Source of the DNA: a virus
Taxonomy: Duplodnaviria; Caudoviricetes
Length of the DNA: 64,000 nt
Virus record (IMG/VR): IMGVR_UViG_3300049573_000247
Coordinates: 32,001-96,000 of that record
Strand: one strand, 5' to 3'
Shown: positions 36,550 to 46,149 of the stretch, piece by piece
Layout of the letters: every line of letters starts with the position of its first letter
Numbering within the stretch: the stretch's first letter is position 1
Position numbers and translations under genes: made by a program
The notes under the pieces: model-generated
The model's database searches: none
Seen by the model: the letters and a program-made list of their open reading frames with translations, nothing else
What the model was told of the DNA's origin: nothing

Positions 36550-36765
36550 TCACGTGCGCGGCGACGCCGCCGACTCCTCGCGGCATGCCCGCTGATGGGC
36601 GCGAACCAGCTTGTCGTGCAACGCGGAGTATTTTGCGTGCGCCTCACCTGCTATCGGATCACCCGCGTTGGTGCCCGAACTCGACACGTTGAGCCAGTGG
36701 CTCGCCTTCGCCTTAACCGCGCTCGCCATGAGCAGCAGCTCTTCCCGGCTGTAATCAACCATCAC
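36550..36765 (-). CDS. hypothetical protein
   Basis: GTGA overlap, SD AAGGAG. Confidence 0.6.
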   Translation of the reverse strand: MMVDYSREELLLMASAVKAKASHWLNVSSSGTNAGDPIAGEAHAKYSALHDKLVRAHQRACREESAASPRT

Positions 36766-37082
36766 CGATGGCGCTCCTTCTCGGCGCGCTGTTCGAGACG
36801 GTAGGCAACGCTGGTCAGCGTGTCTCCCGCTTCCCCGAACCGCTCACCCTCCCCGGGATTCCCTTCGACGCGCACCGCCTCGTCCTGCCGCCGGTAAGCG
36901 CACTCACCCATGGCGCGAACCCACCCGGCCGTGATGATCGACGCACCGACCAGCGCTTCCATGACGTCAACGGCCACCGCTTCGCCGTGCTTGTCGCACA
37001 CCTCCCGGTAGACTTCGACACACGCCTCCAGCTGCTCGTCGGTGGACAGCTCCACCAGCCTTGTCAACTCCAGCCGTTCCAT
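36762..37082 (-). CDS. hypothetical protein
   Basis: SD GGAGAGG. Confidence 0.65.
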   Translation of the reverse strand: MERLELTRLVELSTDEQLEACVEVYREVCDKHGEAVAVDVMEALVGASIITAGWVRAMGECAYRRQDEAVRVEGNPGEGERFGEAGDTLTSVAYRLEQRAEKERHR

Positions 37083-37093
37083 GGCACCTCTCC

Positions 37094-37276
37094 CTACCCT
37101 TCCAGGCATTCGGAATCTTCGACGGAGCAGGCGTCGGTTCCCACCGAAACAACCTGCTCCTTGAAGTCGTCGAAGAACTCCTGCGCGGCCAACGTTTCGG
37201 CCTCCTCTCGCGTGGCGGCTTCGACCTGCATGTGGACCGTTCCATTCACGGCGATCCCGACGTCCCACGTGGGCAC
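37094..37276 (-). CDS. small acidic protein (VEAAT.EEA pattern)
   Basis: SD GAGGAGG. Confidence 0.7.
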   Translation of the reverse strand: MPTWDVGIAVNGTVHMQVEAATREEAETLAAQEFFDDFKEQVVSVGTDACSVEDSECLEG

Positions 37277-37352
37277 AGCGCCTCCTCTTTTCGCTCAACC
37301 GATAGGACTTCGGCCGAGACCAGCACCCCCGCACCTGGTCACGACCGGACTC

Positions 37353-37748
37353 CTAACCGTCGGCCTTGATCGCCTTCCCGTCGGCGAGCCCGTCGCGGTA
37401 GGCGTTCGACACGTGCGCGGCGACCTCTTCGATCCCTTCCCACTGCGCGCGCGTCAACCGCACGCCCGCCTCCTGCTCGCCCCGGCGCATCAGCCGCACC
37501 GCCGCGCGCATCGGACCCGGCACCAGGGCCGCGTCCAGGCGCGCGCCCTCGACGACGCCCTCGATGAACGAGATCGCGCACGCCGCACCGCCGGTCCGGT
37601 CGTCGTAGGTGATGTTCCGCTGGTCCGAGAGGTACCGGACCCCGTTGCCGAGGTCCATACCAAACGAGAACCAGTCGGTGCCGGTGGTCTCCTCGACCTT
37701 GCGGATCACGGCCTTGACCTCGTCGGGGTCCCATTCGAAGGCGCTCAT
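37353..37748 (-). CDS. hypothetical protein
   Basis: ATGA overlap. Confidence 0.7.
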   Translation of the reverse strand: MSAFEWDPDEVKAVIRKVEETTGTDWFSFGMDLGNGVRYLSDQRNITYDDRTGGAACAISFIEGVVEGARLDAALVPGPMRAAVRLMRRGEQEAGVRLTRAQWEGIEEVAAHVSNAYRDGLADGKAIKADG

Positions 37749-37978
37749 GCGCTCCCCTTCCGCGAGTCGGCCAGCCACTGGGCCATCTCTTCGATCAGCG
37801 CGGCGCGCTCGTCGCTCTCGGGCAGCCCGGTGTTCGCGGCCCCGATGAGACCCGCGACGCCCACGCTCGTGACCTCCATGCGGAACTCCTCGTCGCCGCC
37901 AGGCCAGTCCTCGTGCGCCGCTTTGATCTTCTCGAACGCCTCGCGCACACTCGCGACCGTCTCCGTCTTCTCCGTCAT
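37745..37978 (-). CDS. hypothetical protein
   Basis: SD AAGGGG. Confidence 0.65.
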   Translation of the reverse strand: MTEKTETVASVREAFEKIKAAHEDWPGGDEEFRMEVTSVGVAGLIGAANTGLPESDERAALIEEMAQWLADSRKGSA

Positions 37979-38001
37979 CGATCCCCTTCCATTGCTGCTG
38001 G

Positions 38002-38265
38002 TTACTGCTGCGCGAGGACGCGCAGCGCGGCCTTCTCGCACCGCTTGCACGGGCGCTGGTCGAACAGCGCCGCCTTGTAGCGGACCTGCGCCAGGGCCTC
38101 GCCGACCGTGGCGAAGACCTGCCCGTCGTGCCCCAGGCGTGTACCGCCGGGCCGATAGGCGATCGCCGCGCACTTCATGACCGGCTCCTCCTCGCAGTCT
38201 TTTGGCACCTCCTGAATGTGGATCACGCGCGGGCTGTACCGGAGCACGTAACTCCGCTCACCCAT
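38002..38265 (-). CDS. small Zn-binding protein
   Basis: H...C...PCKRC. Confidence 0.7.
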   Translation of the reverse strand: MGERSYVLRYSPRVIHIQEVPKDCEEEPVMKCAAIAYRPGGTRLGHDGQVFATVGEALAQVRYKAALFDQRPCKRCEKAALRVLAQQ

Positions 38266-38351
38266 GCCGCTCCCTCCTTTCGGTCTTGTAGTTCGCCGCC
38301 CGGCACAGGCACCCCCGTGCCCTGTGCCGGACGGCCAGCCACAATCTGGGC

Positions 38352-38654
38352 TCAGTAACCCCAGTCGAAGGCGGGTTCACGTTCTTCCCTGATCTCGCGG
38401 GCGATGCCCTCCAAGATCCCGGCCTCCACGCCCACCAGGTACGCGGTCTCGTCGACCGTGAACCCTTCCCGCGCTTCGGTGACCTCGATGCCCCGCACGT
38501 AGGCGGCGACCGCTTCGATCCGGTCGGGGTTGGCGTCGAGCCACACCAGGTGCGCGCTGCCCCGGTCCCCATACGTTCGGTACAGCACCTGCCACGTCTC
38601 GTACAGCTCCTTGCACTGCTGCTCGATGAGCGCCGCCATGACCATCACCCACAT
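38352..38654 (-). CDS. hypothetical protein
   Basis: ORF; start uncertain. Confidence 0.6.
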   Translation of the reverse strand: MWVMVMAALIEQQCKELYETWQVLYRTYGDRGSAHLVWLDANPDRIEAVAAYVRGIEVTEAREGFTVDETAYLVGVEAGILEGIAREIREEREPAFDWGY

Positions 38655-38685
38655 TTCCTATCGACTATCTATGAATGCTGCTGGT

Positions 38686-39051
38686 TTAGAGGCACGCCTC
38701 GACTTTGCCCAGCGCCACACCCATGGCGGTCTCGGCCCCGCTCGTGGAGTAGTACTCGCTGGCGTACCGCTCCAGCTCAGCGGCCGTGATCAGACCGCCC
38801 GCGACATTGCGCGGGAACGCCCCGTTCCCGTAGTGCTGGATCGCCTCGAAAAAGAACGTCGGCCACACCGACGCGTCCCCCGCCTCGTGCTTGCGGATCG
38901 TCTCCTCACTCGCCCACCCGGTCACGTGCACGTGCACGCGGGTGTCCCCGACCCGGTAGACCCGGGTCTCACGCCCGACCTTCCACCCCGGAAAGTCCCG
39001 CAGCTCATCCGAGGACCGCTCGGCGTTCGCTATGGTCAGCTGGTCACCCAC
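38686..39051 (-). CDS. hypothetical protein
   Basis: SD GGAGG. Confidence 0.65.
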   Translation of the reverse strand: MGDQLTIANAERSSDELRDFPGWKVGRETRVYRVGDTRVHVHVTGWASEETIRKHEAGDASVWPTFFFEAIQHYGNGAFPRNVAGGLITAAELERYASEYYSTSGAETAMGVALGKVEACL

Positions 39052-39490
39052 GCAGCACCTCCTCCACGCCCGCGTACTTGACCCAGGTGTAACCCGACTC
39101 GACCCGGTAGGGACGGATCAGGTTCAGCACCTCCTTGAACGTGTCGATTTCCATGTCCCCGTAGTCCACGACGATGCGCATCCGCGCCCACCCGCCGGAG
39201 TCGATGAAAGCGGCCTCGACCCCGACCTCAGCGAATCGCCGCAACGATTCGATCAAGGCGGTCTCACGCCGCGAGGCCGCGCCCTCCCACCCGTTGAACG
39301 TGACGTCGTAGAACGGCCACTGGTGGTTCGACCAGTGCAGGTGCACCGCGCCGCGCCGCTCGGGACTGGACATGGTCCGCGTCGGGAACGCCTTGATCAG
39401 CGCCGCGAACGGCGCATAATCGTTCCCGTCGGTGGACGGCAGCGAATCGAGCAGTTCATTGAACGCTTCCCGCGCACTCTTCTTAGCCAA
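39044..39490 (-). CDS. hypothetical protein
   Basis: TTG start, 148 aa. Confidence 0.7.
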   Translation of the reverse strand: MAKKSAREAFNELLDSLPSTDGNDYAPFAALIKAFPTRTMSSPERRGAVHLHWSNHQWPFYDVTFNGWEGAASRRETALIESLRRFAEVGVEAAFIDSGGWARMRIVVDYGDMEIDTFKEVLNLIRPYRVESGYTWVKYAGVEEVLRG

Positions 39491-39601
39491 ACCGAACCCC
39501 CTAACGTGAGGAATCTACAGCCTGTGTGGTTCGACAGACCCCACGAACCGGCCCGCACCCCCGTGCACGGACCGGCCATGGGCAACCAGCGAACCAGCCG
39601 G

Positions 39602-39964
39602 TTACTCGTCTTCGGTGGTGAAGCGCTCGCCCTGCCGCTCCTTCACGCCCTCGGCGTCCCGCCGTCCCTCGGCCTCGGCCTCACTGTCGAACCGGCCCGA
39701 GACGTGCAGGTATTCGAGCACCGCCCGCGCCTCCGGTGCGGACAGGTCGACGCCGAACACGGCCGCGACCCCACCCAGATACGACAGGGCCGACGCCGCA
39801 CCCGCACCGCCCAACCAGAGGCGCCCGCGAAACCCCCCGTGATTGGGGACGTACCGCACGCCCTTCCCGTCGCCGGGATTGTTGATCTGCAACCAGTCCC
39901 GGTAGCCGGTCGCCTCGCAGACGGGCAACAGCACCCGGTGCACCTTCGCCGATGTCAACCGCAT
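39602..39964 (-). CDS. hypothetical protein
   Basis: SD GAGGTG. Confidence 0.65.
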   Translation of the reverse strand: MRLTSAKVHRVLLPVCEATGYRDWLQINNPGDGKGVRYVPNHGGFRGRLWLGGAGAASALSYLGGVAAVFGVDLSAPEARAVLEYLHVSGRFDSEAEAEGRRDAEGVKERQGERFTTEDE

Positions 39965-39983
39965 CGTTCACCTCACGTTCTCT

Positions 39984-40229
39984 CTACTTGCTGGTGATGC
40001 CGTACTCGGCGATCTCCTCGGGACGCAGGCCCGCGAGCCACGCGTCGCACTCGGCCTCGAACGCGTTCTGCTCGAACGGAATCGTGGCGTGGCCGACGCC
40101 GTCAGTGGAGGTCCAGACGTTGTTGGTGGCGATGGCGTACTCGCCGCCGTTCCACACGTCGATGTACTCGCCGCCCTCCCACGTGAACGTCACGCCCCGA
40201 CACGAGTACGACAGTTCCTCGTCTCCCAT
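39984..40229 (-). CDS. small acidic protein
   Basis: SD GGAGG. Confidence 0.7.
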   Translation of the reverse strand: MGDEELSYSCRGVTFTWEGGEYIDVWNGGEYAIATNNVWTSTDGVGHATIPFEQNAFEAECDAWLAGLRPEEIAEYGITSK

Positions 40230-40240
40230 ATGCGCGCCTC

Positions 40241-40735
40241 CTACTCGTCGTCGTCGTTGTCGTTGTCGGCGCTGGCGAACATTCCGTATGCGATCTCCCC
40301 GATCGCATCGGGAACGCTGGAATGCGCGACCGCCTCACTCAGGCGGCGCACCTGCTCGTCGTCCAGTTCCCGACCTGTCCACGCCTCCAGCTGGCTGCGG
40401 GTGACCGCGAGCGTGACCCGGCCGTCCTCGCAGTAGGACTCCACGGCCGCGAGGATCGCCGCCGCTTCCGCACGGCCCTCCCATGACCCGGTCCCGTCCC
40501 AGATGAAGAAGCTATCCAGCTCCTCGGGCACCGCGTGAGCCGCGATCTCCTGCCTGACCTCCCACCCGTGCAGGACCGCCCGCAACAGAGCGGTCTTCCC
40601 GAACGGCTCGGCGAGCACACCCGACCGGTGCGCCTCGTTGATGATCGACAGGCCCCACCCGTTGGCGAACTGGTGGATCTCGTGAGCGCCTTCGTCATCG
40701 ACCCACGTGTCGACTGGTTTGGACTTCACGCCCAT
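40241..40735 (-). CDS. two-domain hypothetical protein
   Basis: SD AAAGGAG; C-domain TRSQLEAWTGRELDD. Confidence 0.7.
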   Translation of the reverse strand: MGVKSKPVDTWVDDEGAHEIHQFANGWGLSIINEAHRSGVLAEPFGKTALLRAVLHGWEVRQEIAAHAVPEELDSFFIWDGTGSWEGRAEAAAILAAVESYCEDGRVTLAVTRSQLEAWTGRELDDEQVRRLSEAVAHSSVPDAIGEIAYGMFASADNDNDDDE

Positions 40736-40815
40736 GCGTTGTCTCCTTTCGCTATAGGTGGATGCAGCGCGCCACCACACCCGAAGATGTGGTAACCGCT
40801 GGAACGACCTATCGC

Positions 40816-41133
40816 CTACGACCCGGAGCCGCCTTCACCGAGGACCCCCCGGCGGATCGCCGCGCACATCGCGCGCACCCGCTCGCGCTCGACCGGTTCA
40901 CGACTGCCGTTCGCGATCACCCAGCAGTCCAGCTCATGGCAGACCCGACGCCACGTGTCGCGCGTCGCGATCAGTACCGCTTCCCCCTCGCCCAAGTAGT
41001 CGCAGCAGTCGCCGTCCCGGCGAACGGCCACCATCGTGTCCGACCACTGGCCCAGACGCCACAACTCGTTGCCCGACACCGCAACCCGTGCGATGTGCTC
41101 AGGCCACGCCGACTCGTCCTCGATCACTCTCAC
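40816..41133 (-). CDS. hypothetical protein
   Basis: SD GGAGG. Confidence 0.6.
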   Translation of the reverse strand: MRVIEDESAWPEHIARVAVSGNELWRLGQWSDTMVAVRRDGDCCDYLGEGEAVLIATRDTWRRVCHELDCWVIANGSREPVERERVRAMCAAIRRGVLGEGGSGS

Positions 41134-41151
41134 TGCCGCAGCTCCCTCCTG

Positions 41152-41337
41152 CTAGTCGACCGCCGTGTGAGTGACCGGCTTGCCGTCGACCTCGGCCAGC
41201 GCCACGTTGATGGTCGGCCGCTTCTTGCGCCCCTTGTACAGCGCGCGCGCCTTCACGCTCGCCTGGTACAGGTCCTCGGCCTCGATCTCGTGCCGCTGGC
41301 CCTCGACAAACGCGATGTACCCGTTCATGTGCGTCAC
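41152..41337 (-). CDS. conserved small phage protein
   Basis: MNGYIAF...EIEA..LY.A...LAEVDG..VTH. Confidence 0.75.
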   Translation of the reverse strand: MTHMNGYIAFVEGQRHEIEAEDLYQASVKARALYKGRKKRPTINVALAEVDGKPVTHTAVD

Positions 41338-41427
41338 CCTCGCTTCGCATAGAAACCCATCAATAGATGGGATGTATTGATCTCAAAGAATATGTGCAGG
41401 TAGAACCCGGTGTGATTACCGAATCTC

Positions 41428-41442
41428 TGGGGGTCGGGACAC
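41428..41442 (-). promoter_or_regulatory. conserved intergenic element, copy 3
   Basis: TGGGGGTCGGGACAC next to AT-rich 41345-41425. Confidence 0.7.
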
Positions 41443-41475
41443 CACCCCTACCCGCCGGAAGCCCAGCACGCGCGT

Positions 41476-42021
41476 TCAATCCGCAGTGCTGTACCGCTTA
41501 CGCTCCCACCGCTCCAGCTCGCACAGCACGGAACTGATCGCGGCCCGAATGGGTTCGTGTTTGTGGTTGTGCTCGCGTGCTTCGGCGCACGAGGAACGCC
41601 ACGCGGCAAGCGCGTCCATGTAGACCCCGTACGCGAACAGGCCGTGCGTGTCCTCCCGGTAGTCCTCGCGCTTCGGCGACGCTACCGTCCCCCGGTATGC
41701 GAGGTCACGAGCGGAACCCGGATTGAACCGACCGCTCGGCGCGTGCTTGGTGTAGAGGAACTCGTTGCCGTCTCCCGTCGGAACGTCACTCAAGACGTGT
41801 CTCGACAGGTACTCGACTGTGACCGGCTTCCCGGGCCAGTACGACGCCATGATGACCGCTCGCTTGCCGAGCCCGTGATGCTTGACGGTCAGCGTCGCTT
41901 CCCACGTCTTCCGCTCGCGCGGATTCGGGTTGCAGACGTCGCGGTACGACTCATCGAGCGTGGATTCCTCCACCAACCAATCCGCTTGCGACAGTGTGTT
42001 GAAGTAATACGGGACGGTCAT
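41476..42021 (-). CDS. hypothetical protein
   Basis: SD AAGGGAG. Confidence 0.7.
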   Translation of the reverse strand: MTVPYYFNTLSQADWLVEESTLDESYRDVCNPNPRERKTWEATLTVKHHGLGKRAVIMASYWPGKPVTVEYLSRHVLSDVPTGDGNEFLYTKHAPSGRFNPGSARDLAYRGTVASPKREDYREDTHGLFAYGVYMDALAAWRSSCAEAREHNHKHEPIRAAISSVLCELERWERKRYSTAD

Positions 42022-42042
42022 GCCGTCACTCCCTTTCTCCTG

Positions 42043-42522
42043 CTACCGGACGCCCAGCGCGGCCATGAACTCGCCGCGCACCTCGGGCGTGATGCCCTCG
42101 AAGTGCAGGCTGTAGTCGAACCGGGTGCAGCTCTCGAACTCGTAGTTCTCGTGCGCGGACACCCACAGGTTCTCGTCGGCCGCATCCCACGGGACCGAGG
42201 ACGGTTCCCACTCCGAGGTCGGGAACACATCCCAGTCCGCGAGCACGGTCGCGAGCGCGCTTTCGAGCCGATCGCACACGCAGTCGTCGGGCTCGTCCGG
42301 TTCGGACTCGCACTCGCACGGGGCCTCGATCAGTTCCCAGACCACCGCGAGGGTGCCGAGCTTTTCGGGCTCGTCCGCATCCTCCTCGCAGCGCGCGAAC
42401 TCGGTGCGGTACATCCGCACGGCCGTGAAGTCCTCCCCGGCCCTGATCTCGCGGTGTTCCTCGGGCGTGACCTTGTCGAACTCGTCATCGACCCGCCGCT
42501 CTTCCAGCTTCCACATGGGCAA
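42043..42522 (-). CDS. acidic hypothetical protein
   Basis: EPSS...YSLHFEGITP. Confidence 0.7.
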   Translation of the reverse strand: MPMWKLEERRVDDEFDKVTPEEHREIRAGEDFTAVRMYRTEFARCEEDADEPEKLGTLAVVWELIEAPCECESEPDEPDDCVCDRLESALATVLADWDVFPTSEWEPSSVPWDAADENLWVSAHENYEFESCTRFDYSLHFEGITPEVRGEFMAALGVR

Positions 42523-42598
42523 CCTGCTTTCTTTCGCTACTGGGGATTGGCCCGAACCCGCCCCCGAACGGGGGGCGGGCTCGGGTTAACCTCCAGGG

Positions 42599-42940
42599 CT
42601 ACTCCACGCCCGCGACCTCCCGCGCCACGTCCTCGCTCACGCCCAGGTGCACCAGGAGGCGCAGTTTCTGGATGCGGGCGCGCCGGTCCAGGTCCCCGGA
42701 GAACAGACCCGGACGCGAGGGCGAATCGTTGATGGACAGATCCACGACCATTTCCCGCGCGTCCTCGTCCGACATGCGGGCCGTCATCGGCCGGTCCGGT
42801 TCCCGGTCCATGACCAGGTGCACCCACACCTGGCCGTACCGGGGCGGGAACCAGCGCGTGATCCGCGCTTCCCACGTCTTCTTGCGGTGGTTCGTCTTGT
42901 CGGCCGCCGCGCGGCGCGCCAACTCCAACTTGTCGTCCAT
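42599..42940 (-). CDS. hypothetical protein
   Basis: SD AAAGGA. Confidence 0.65.
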   Translation of the reverse strand: MDDKLELARRAAADKTNHRKKTWEARITRWFPPRYGQVWVHLVMDREPDRPMTARMSDEDAREMVVDLSINDSPSRPGLFSGDLDRRARIQKLRLLVHLGVSEDVAREVAGVE

Positions 42941-43150
42941 CGTGACATCCTTTCGCATTGTTCTAGAAGGTTGTGACAACCCGCCCCCACACCCCCGTGG
43001 GGCGGGCTCTCGGAACCCGCTACAACCAGCAGTGACCGGCCTTGCGGAACCACCGCGTGTGACGCCACGGACCCCAGCCCGGCGCACCCCACGCCCGGCG
43101 CCGCACCACCCAGCCGCCGCACACACGGCACCGACGCCGCTCCCAGCGCT

Positions 43151-43456
43151 TCACGACCCCACCACCGGACGCAACTGCACCCGGTACGCGTTCACCTGCA
43201 CCGACGCAGGTAGGTGCACCACCAGGCCCAACGCCCGCTTCTCGCGAGCCGTCGCCTTGCGGAACACGAACACCTCGCCCGTCGCCGGAGCGTCCAGGCG
43301 CTCACGCACCCACGCCACCGCCTCCGGGAACCCGCCCCCAGGGAACCGCGCGTCGTGCTCCCACACAAACGGGGAACCCTCCAGCGCGCGCCCCACGAAC
43401 GCCTCCGCGCCCTCCGGCCTCACCTGGATCTCAAACTCCAAACCCGCCACTGCCAC
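43151..43456 (-). CDS. hypothetical protein
   Basis: SD GAGGAGG. Confidence 0.65.
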   Translation of the reverse strand: MAVAGLEFEIQVRPEGAEAFVGRALEGSPFVWEHDARFPGGGFPEAVAWVRERLDAPATGEVFVFRKATAREKRALGLVVHLPASVQVNAYRVQLRPVVGS

Positions 43457-43597
43457 AGTGACCTCCTCTCACGTCGGGAACCTTGCCGCAACCCAGAGAC
43501 CGCCCCACCCCCGAAGGGACAAGACGGTCTCTGGGCTCCCGTAAAGCGCCCTACTCGCGGACCCGCGCACCTTCGCACGCAGGGTTAACGACCCGCT

Positions 43598-44140
43598 CTA
43601 GAGCCCCTGCCGCGTCGCCTGATCGGTGAAATTCCACTCGTACTCCTCGTGCGTGAGGTCCGACGTGGGGTAGCCCTCGCTACTCAGGCCGTCGCACAGG
43701 GCAGCGGCGTCCTCGTACGCCAACCCGTCCGCCTGCGCCCAGTCGACGCAGTCCATGGTCGCGGTCTCGTCCACGGGCGGCAGGTCGCTCTCTTCGGGCG
43801 ACACGTACTCTGGGACGCTCGCGTCCTCTTCAGAGGTCACCTCCCCTACGGTCACGACGGCGTCCACCGTGGACTCGCCTTCCGCAGCGGGCGCGGTGTC
43901 CACCACACCCGACATGTCCACCATGGTGGGCTCAGGCACGTGCATTGCCTCAGGCACCGGCACGGGCGTCTCGTCCGGCACGGCCGCCACGTAAGGCCGC
44001 TCGCCGCGATCCAGCGCGGGGGCAACCACCGTGTCAGCCACGGCCACCGTGCCGGGAGCGACCTCCGCCGCAGCGCACCCGGCCAAAGCCGCGAACCCCG
44101 CAAACGTGAGACACACCCCCACAAATCGATTACGCATCAT
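43598..44140 (-). CDS. acidic lipoprotein
   Basis: lipobox LAGC; Asp/Glu-rich. Confidence 0.75.
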   Translation of the reverse strand: MMRNRFVGVCLTFAGFAALAGCAAAEVAPGTVAVADTVVAPALDRGERPYVAAVPDETPVPVPEAMHVPEPTMVDMSGVVDTAPAAEGESTVDAVVTVGEVTSEEDASVPEYVSPEESDLPPVDETATMDCVDWAQADGLAYEDAAALCDGLSSEGYPTSDLTHEEYEWNFTDQATRQGL

Positions 44141-44288
44141 GTCCTTTCTTGCTCTCGTTAGCTATAACCAGAGACCACCCGACACCGGGCGACCCCCACT
44201 TGCGACTGCCGCCCTCCTTCCATGCTGGAAACCTGGCGGAAACCCGCCCCCACCCGGGAACGGGCTCCCGTCAAACGTCCAACCCGGC

Positions 44289-44642
44289 TCAGCCCAGCAG
44301 CACCGCGTTATGAGCCGCCCGCGACACCGGCACATGCCGACCCCACCGCAGCCGCACCACGCGACTCCCCCGGTCGTACTCCGCGAGCACCGCCGGAAGC
44401 ACCTCCGGCGGACGCTGACGCGCCAGCCACGACACCGCCCGCGCCGGATCAGCCTCGAACCGGCCCCACGGCACCTCCACCGCACCCGGCAACGGATTCA
44501 CCGCCCCGAACTCCCACGCCTCCAACGACCCGTCCGGAGCCGCAACCCGGTCGCCCTCGCACAACTGGGCATACAGCCAGCCCGCGAAACGCGCATCCGT
44601 CTGCGCCTCCACCACAACCTCAACCCGACCCACACCAGCCAC
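44289..44642 (-). CDS. hypothetical protein
   Basis: SD GAGGGGG before GTG. Confidence 0.55.
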   Translation of the reverse strand: MAGVGRVEVVVEAQTDARFAGWLYAQLCEGDRVAAPDGSLEAWEFGAVNPLPGAVEVPWGRFEADPARAVSWLARQRPPEVLPAVLAEYDRGSRVVRLRWGRHVPVSRAAHNAVLLG

Positions 44643-44656
44643 AGGCCAACCCCCTC

Positions 44657-45079
44657 TTACAGCTTCTCGATACGAACCGGAACCGACCCGAAATCGCGCA
44701 CAAAGTGCTCGCTCCACGCCAGCTCCATCACGCCCTTGAACGAGTCCTCCTCCGGCTGATACGACGACACACCCCACTTCGGGTGCGTCACCTCCAACGA
44801 CCAGCCCTGATACAGCAACTCGCCCTGCGAGGACATCGACGCGTTCACGACGATCTCCACACCCAGCTCCGGCGCCGCCGTCTGCACGAACGCCGCCCGC
44901 TTCCGACCCGAGAACCACGTCTCAGGCTTCACGTTCCCCGCCTTGTCCTTCGGAGTCGTCTCCTCCAGGACATCCGCGACCACCCGCGCCAGCTCCCTAC
45001 GGGACCCGTGCGGCATGACCACCGACCCGATCGCAGCCGCGATCGTCTTCACATGCTCTGTTGCCAACCGGTGCACCAT
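44657..45079 (-). CDS. hypothetical protein
   Basis: SD GGAGG. Confidence 0.7.
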   Translation of the reverse strand: MVHRLATEHVKTIAAAIGSVVMPHGSRRELARVVADVLEETTPKDKAGNVKPETWFSGRKRAAFVQTAAPELGVEIVVNASMSSQGELLYQGWSLEVTHPKWGVSSYQPEEDSFKGVMELAWSEHFVRDFGSVPVRIEKL

Positions 45080-45082
45080 CAG

Positions 45083-45295
45083 CTACACCTCCCCGCAACG
45101 GACGGACGAGTACACCTCGCCAGAACGAGCGATCTCGGCCCACTCCACGAACAACGTCGCGTTGAAACGCGCGTTGTCCGCAATGAACACCTCGATCATC
45201 GCCCCCAGCAGGTCGTAGAACACCTTGTCAGGCATCTCCACACCCGCGACCAGCTCAGCGAACTGCTCATAGGTCGTCTTGCTCATACGCGGCAT
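45083..45295 (-). CDS. conserved small phage protein
   Basis: MSKTTYEQFA...F.ADN.RFN...F. Confidence 0.75.
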   Translation of the reverse strand: MPRMSKTTYEQFAELVAGVEMPDKVFYDLLGAMIEVFIADNARFNATLFVEWAEIARSGEVYSSVRCGEV

Positions 45296-45384
45296 GACAA
45301 CTCCTCTCCTCGTGAAAACACTCAGGCCCCACCCGGAAACCCGGATGAGACCTAAGCAGGTTCACGACCTGCGCCGAACGGCCC

Positions 45385-45561
45385 TTACACCTCCTCGCAG
45401 ACGGCCTCGGACCAACCCGCAGGCGTACCCACCGACGGCCGGAACGGCAGCGTCTCCAACTCCTCAACCTCGCAGTGCAGACAGAACACCCCGAACCGAC
45501 GCTCGCACGCCTGCACCAGCTCCTCACCCAGAATCGTGACCTTGTGCGTCCTACCAGCCAT
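45385..45561 (-). CDS. 58-aa protein (below ORF-track cutoff)
   Basis: SD AAGGAGG; MAGRTHKVTILGEELVQAC...CLHC. Confidence 0.65.
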   Translation of the reverse strand: MAGRTHKVTILGEELVQACERRFGVFCLHCEVEELETLPFRPSVGTPAGWSEAVCEEV

Positions 45562-45616
45562 AACCCCTCCTTACTTGAAACTTCAATGACTTATTTCCCG
45601 GGGAAACACCCCAGCC

Positions 45617-45979
45617 CTACTCCGCTTCCGCGTACACCCGCATAGCGCCCTGATGCGTCCGGAACGTCAACCCCTCCGGAGCAACCGAACCCGGCTCCAC
45701 CAGCGAACCCAGCTCCGTATACACCACCGGGAACGGACCCACCAGACGCAAATCCGGGTGCCCGAACGACTTCAGATCCCGCGCCATACGCGCAGCATCC
45801 GCATACGACGCCGCATCCTGGCACCACGGGTCCGCCTCCGCATTCGGAGTGACCCACACCGACCACTGCTCGTACACCACCGAGCCGTCCCAGTCGCGCC
45901 CGAAATAGCACCCGACCTCAACCGACTCGATACAGCCACCCATGACCTCAAGCTGCGAAAACATTCGAACCTCCTTCAC
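45617..45979 (-). CDS. hypothetical protein
   Basis: SD AAGGAGG before ATG 45964. Confidence 0.65.
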   Translation of the reverse strand: MKEVRMFSQLEVMGGCIESVEVGCYFGRDWDGSVVYEQWSVWVTPNAEADPWCQDAASYADAARMARDLKSFGHPDLRLVGPFPVVYTELGSLVEPGSVAPEGLTFRTHQGAMRVYAEAE

Positions 45980-46149
45980 TAACGGGGCAGGTGGGACAGA
46001 AACAGAGAAAGCCCCTTCATGCCGTTACGCGACTCAACCTCGTTGCACGCGCGCTCCAAGGCGGCGCACAACAGACGCCAATGCACCCGGCCCGACGACA
46101 ACCACCCGGCAACCCGGATGATCTCCTCATCACTCAGCGGCTCTCTCAT
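45979..46149 (-). CDS. small hypothetical protein
   Basis: SD GAGGA. Confidence 0.55.
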   Translation of the reverse strand: MREPLSDEEIIRVAGWLSSGRVHWRLLCAALERACNEVESRNGMKGLSLFLSHLPR

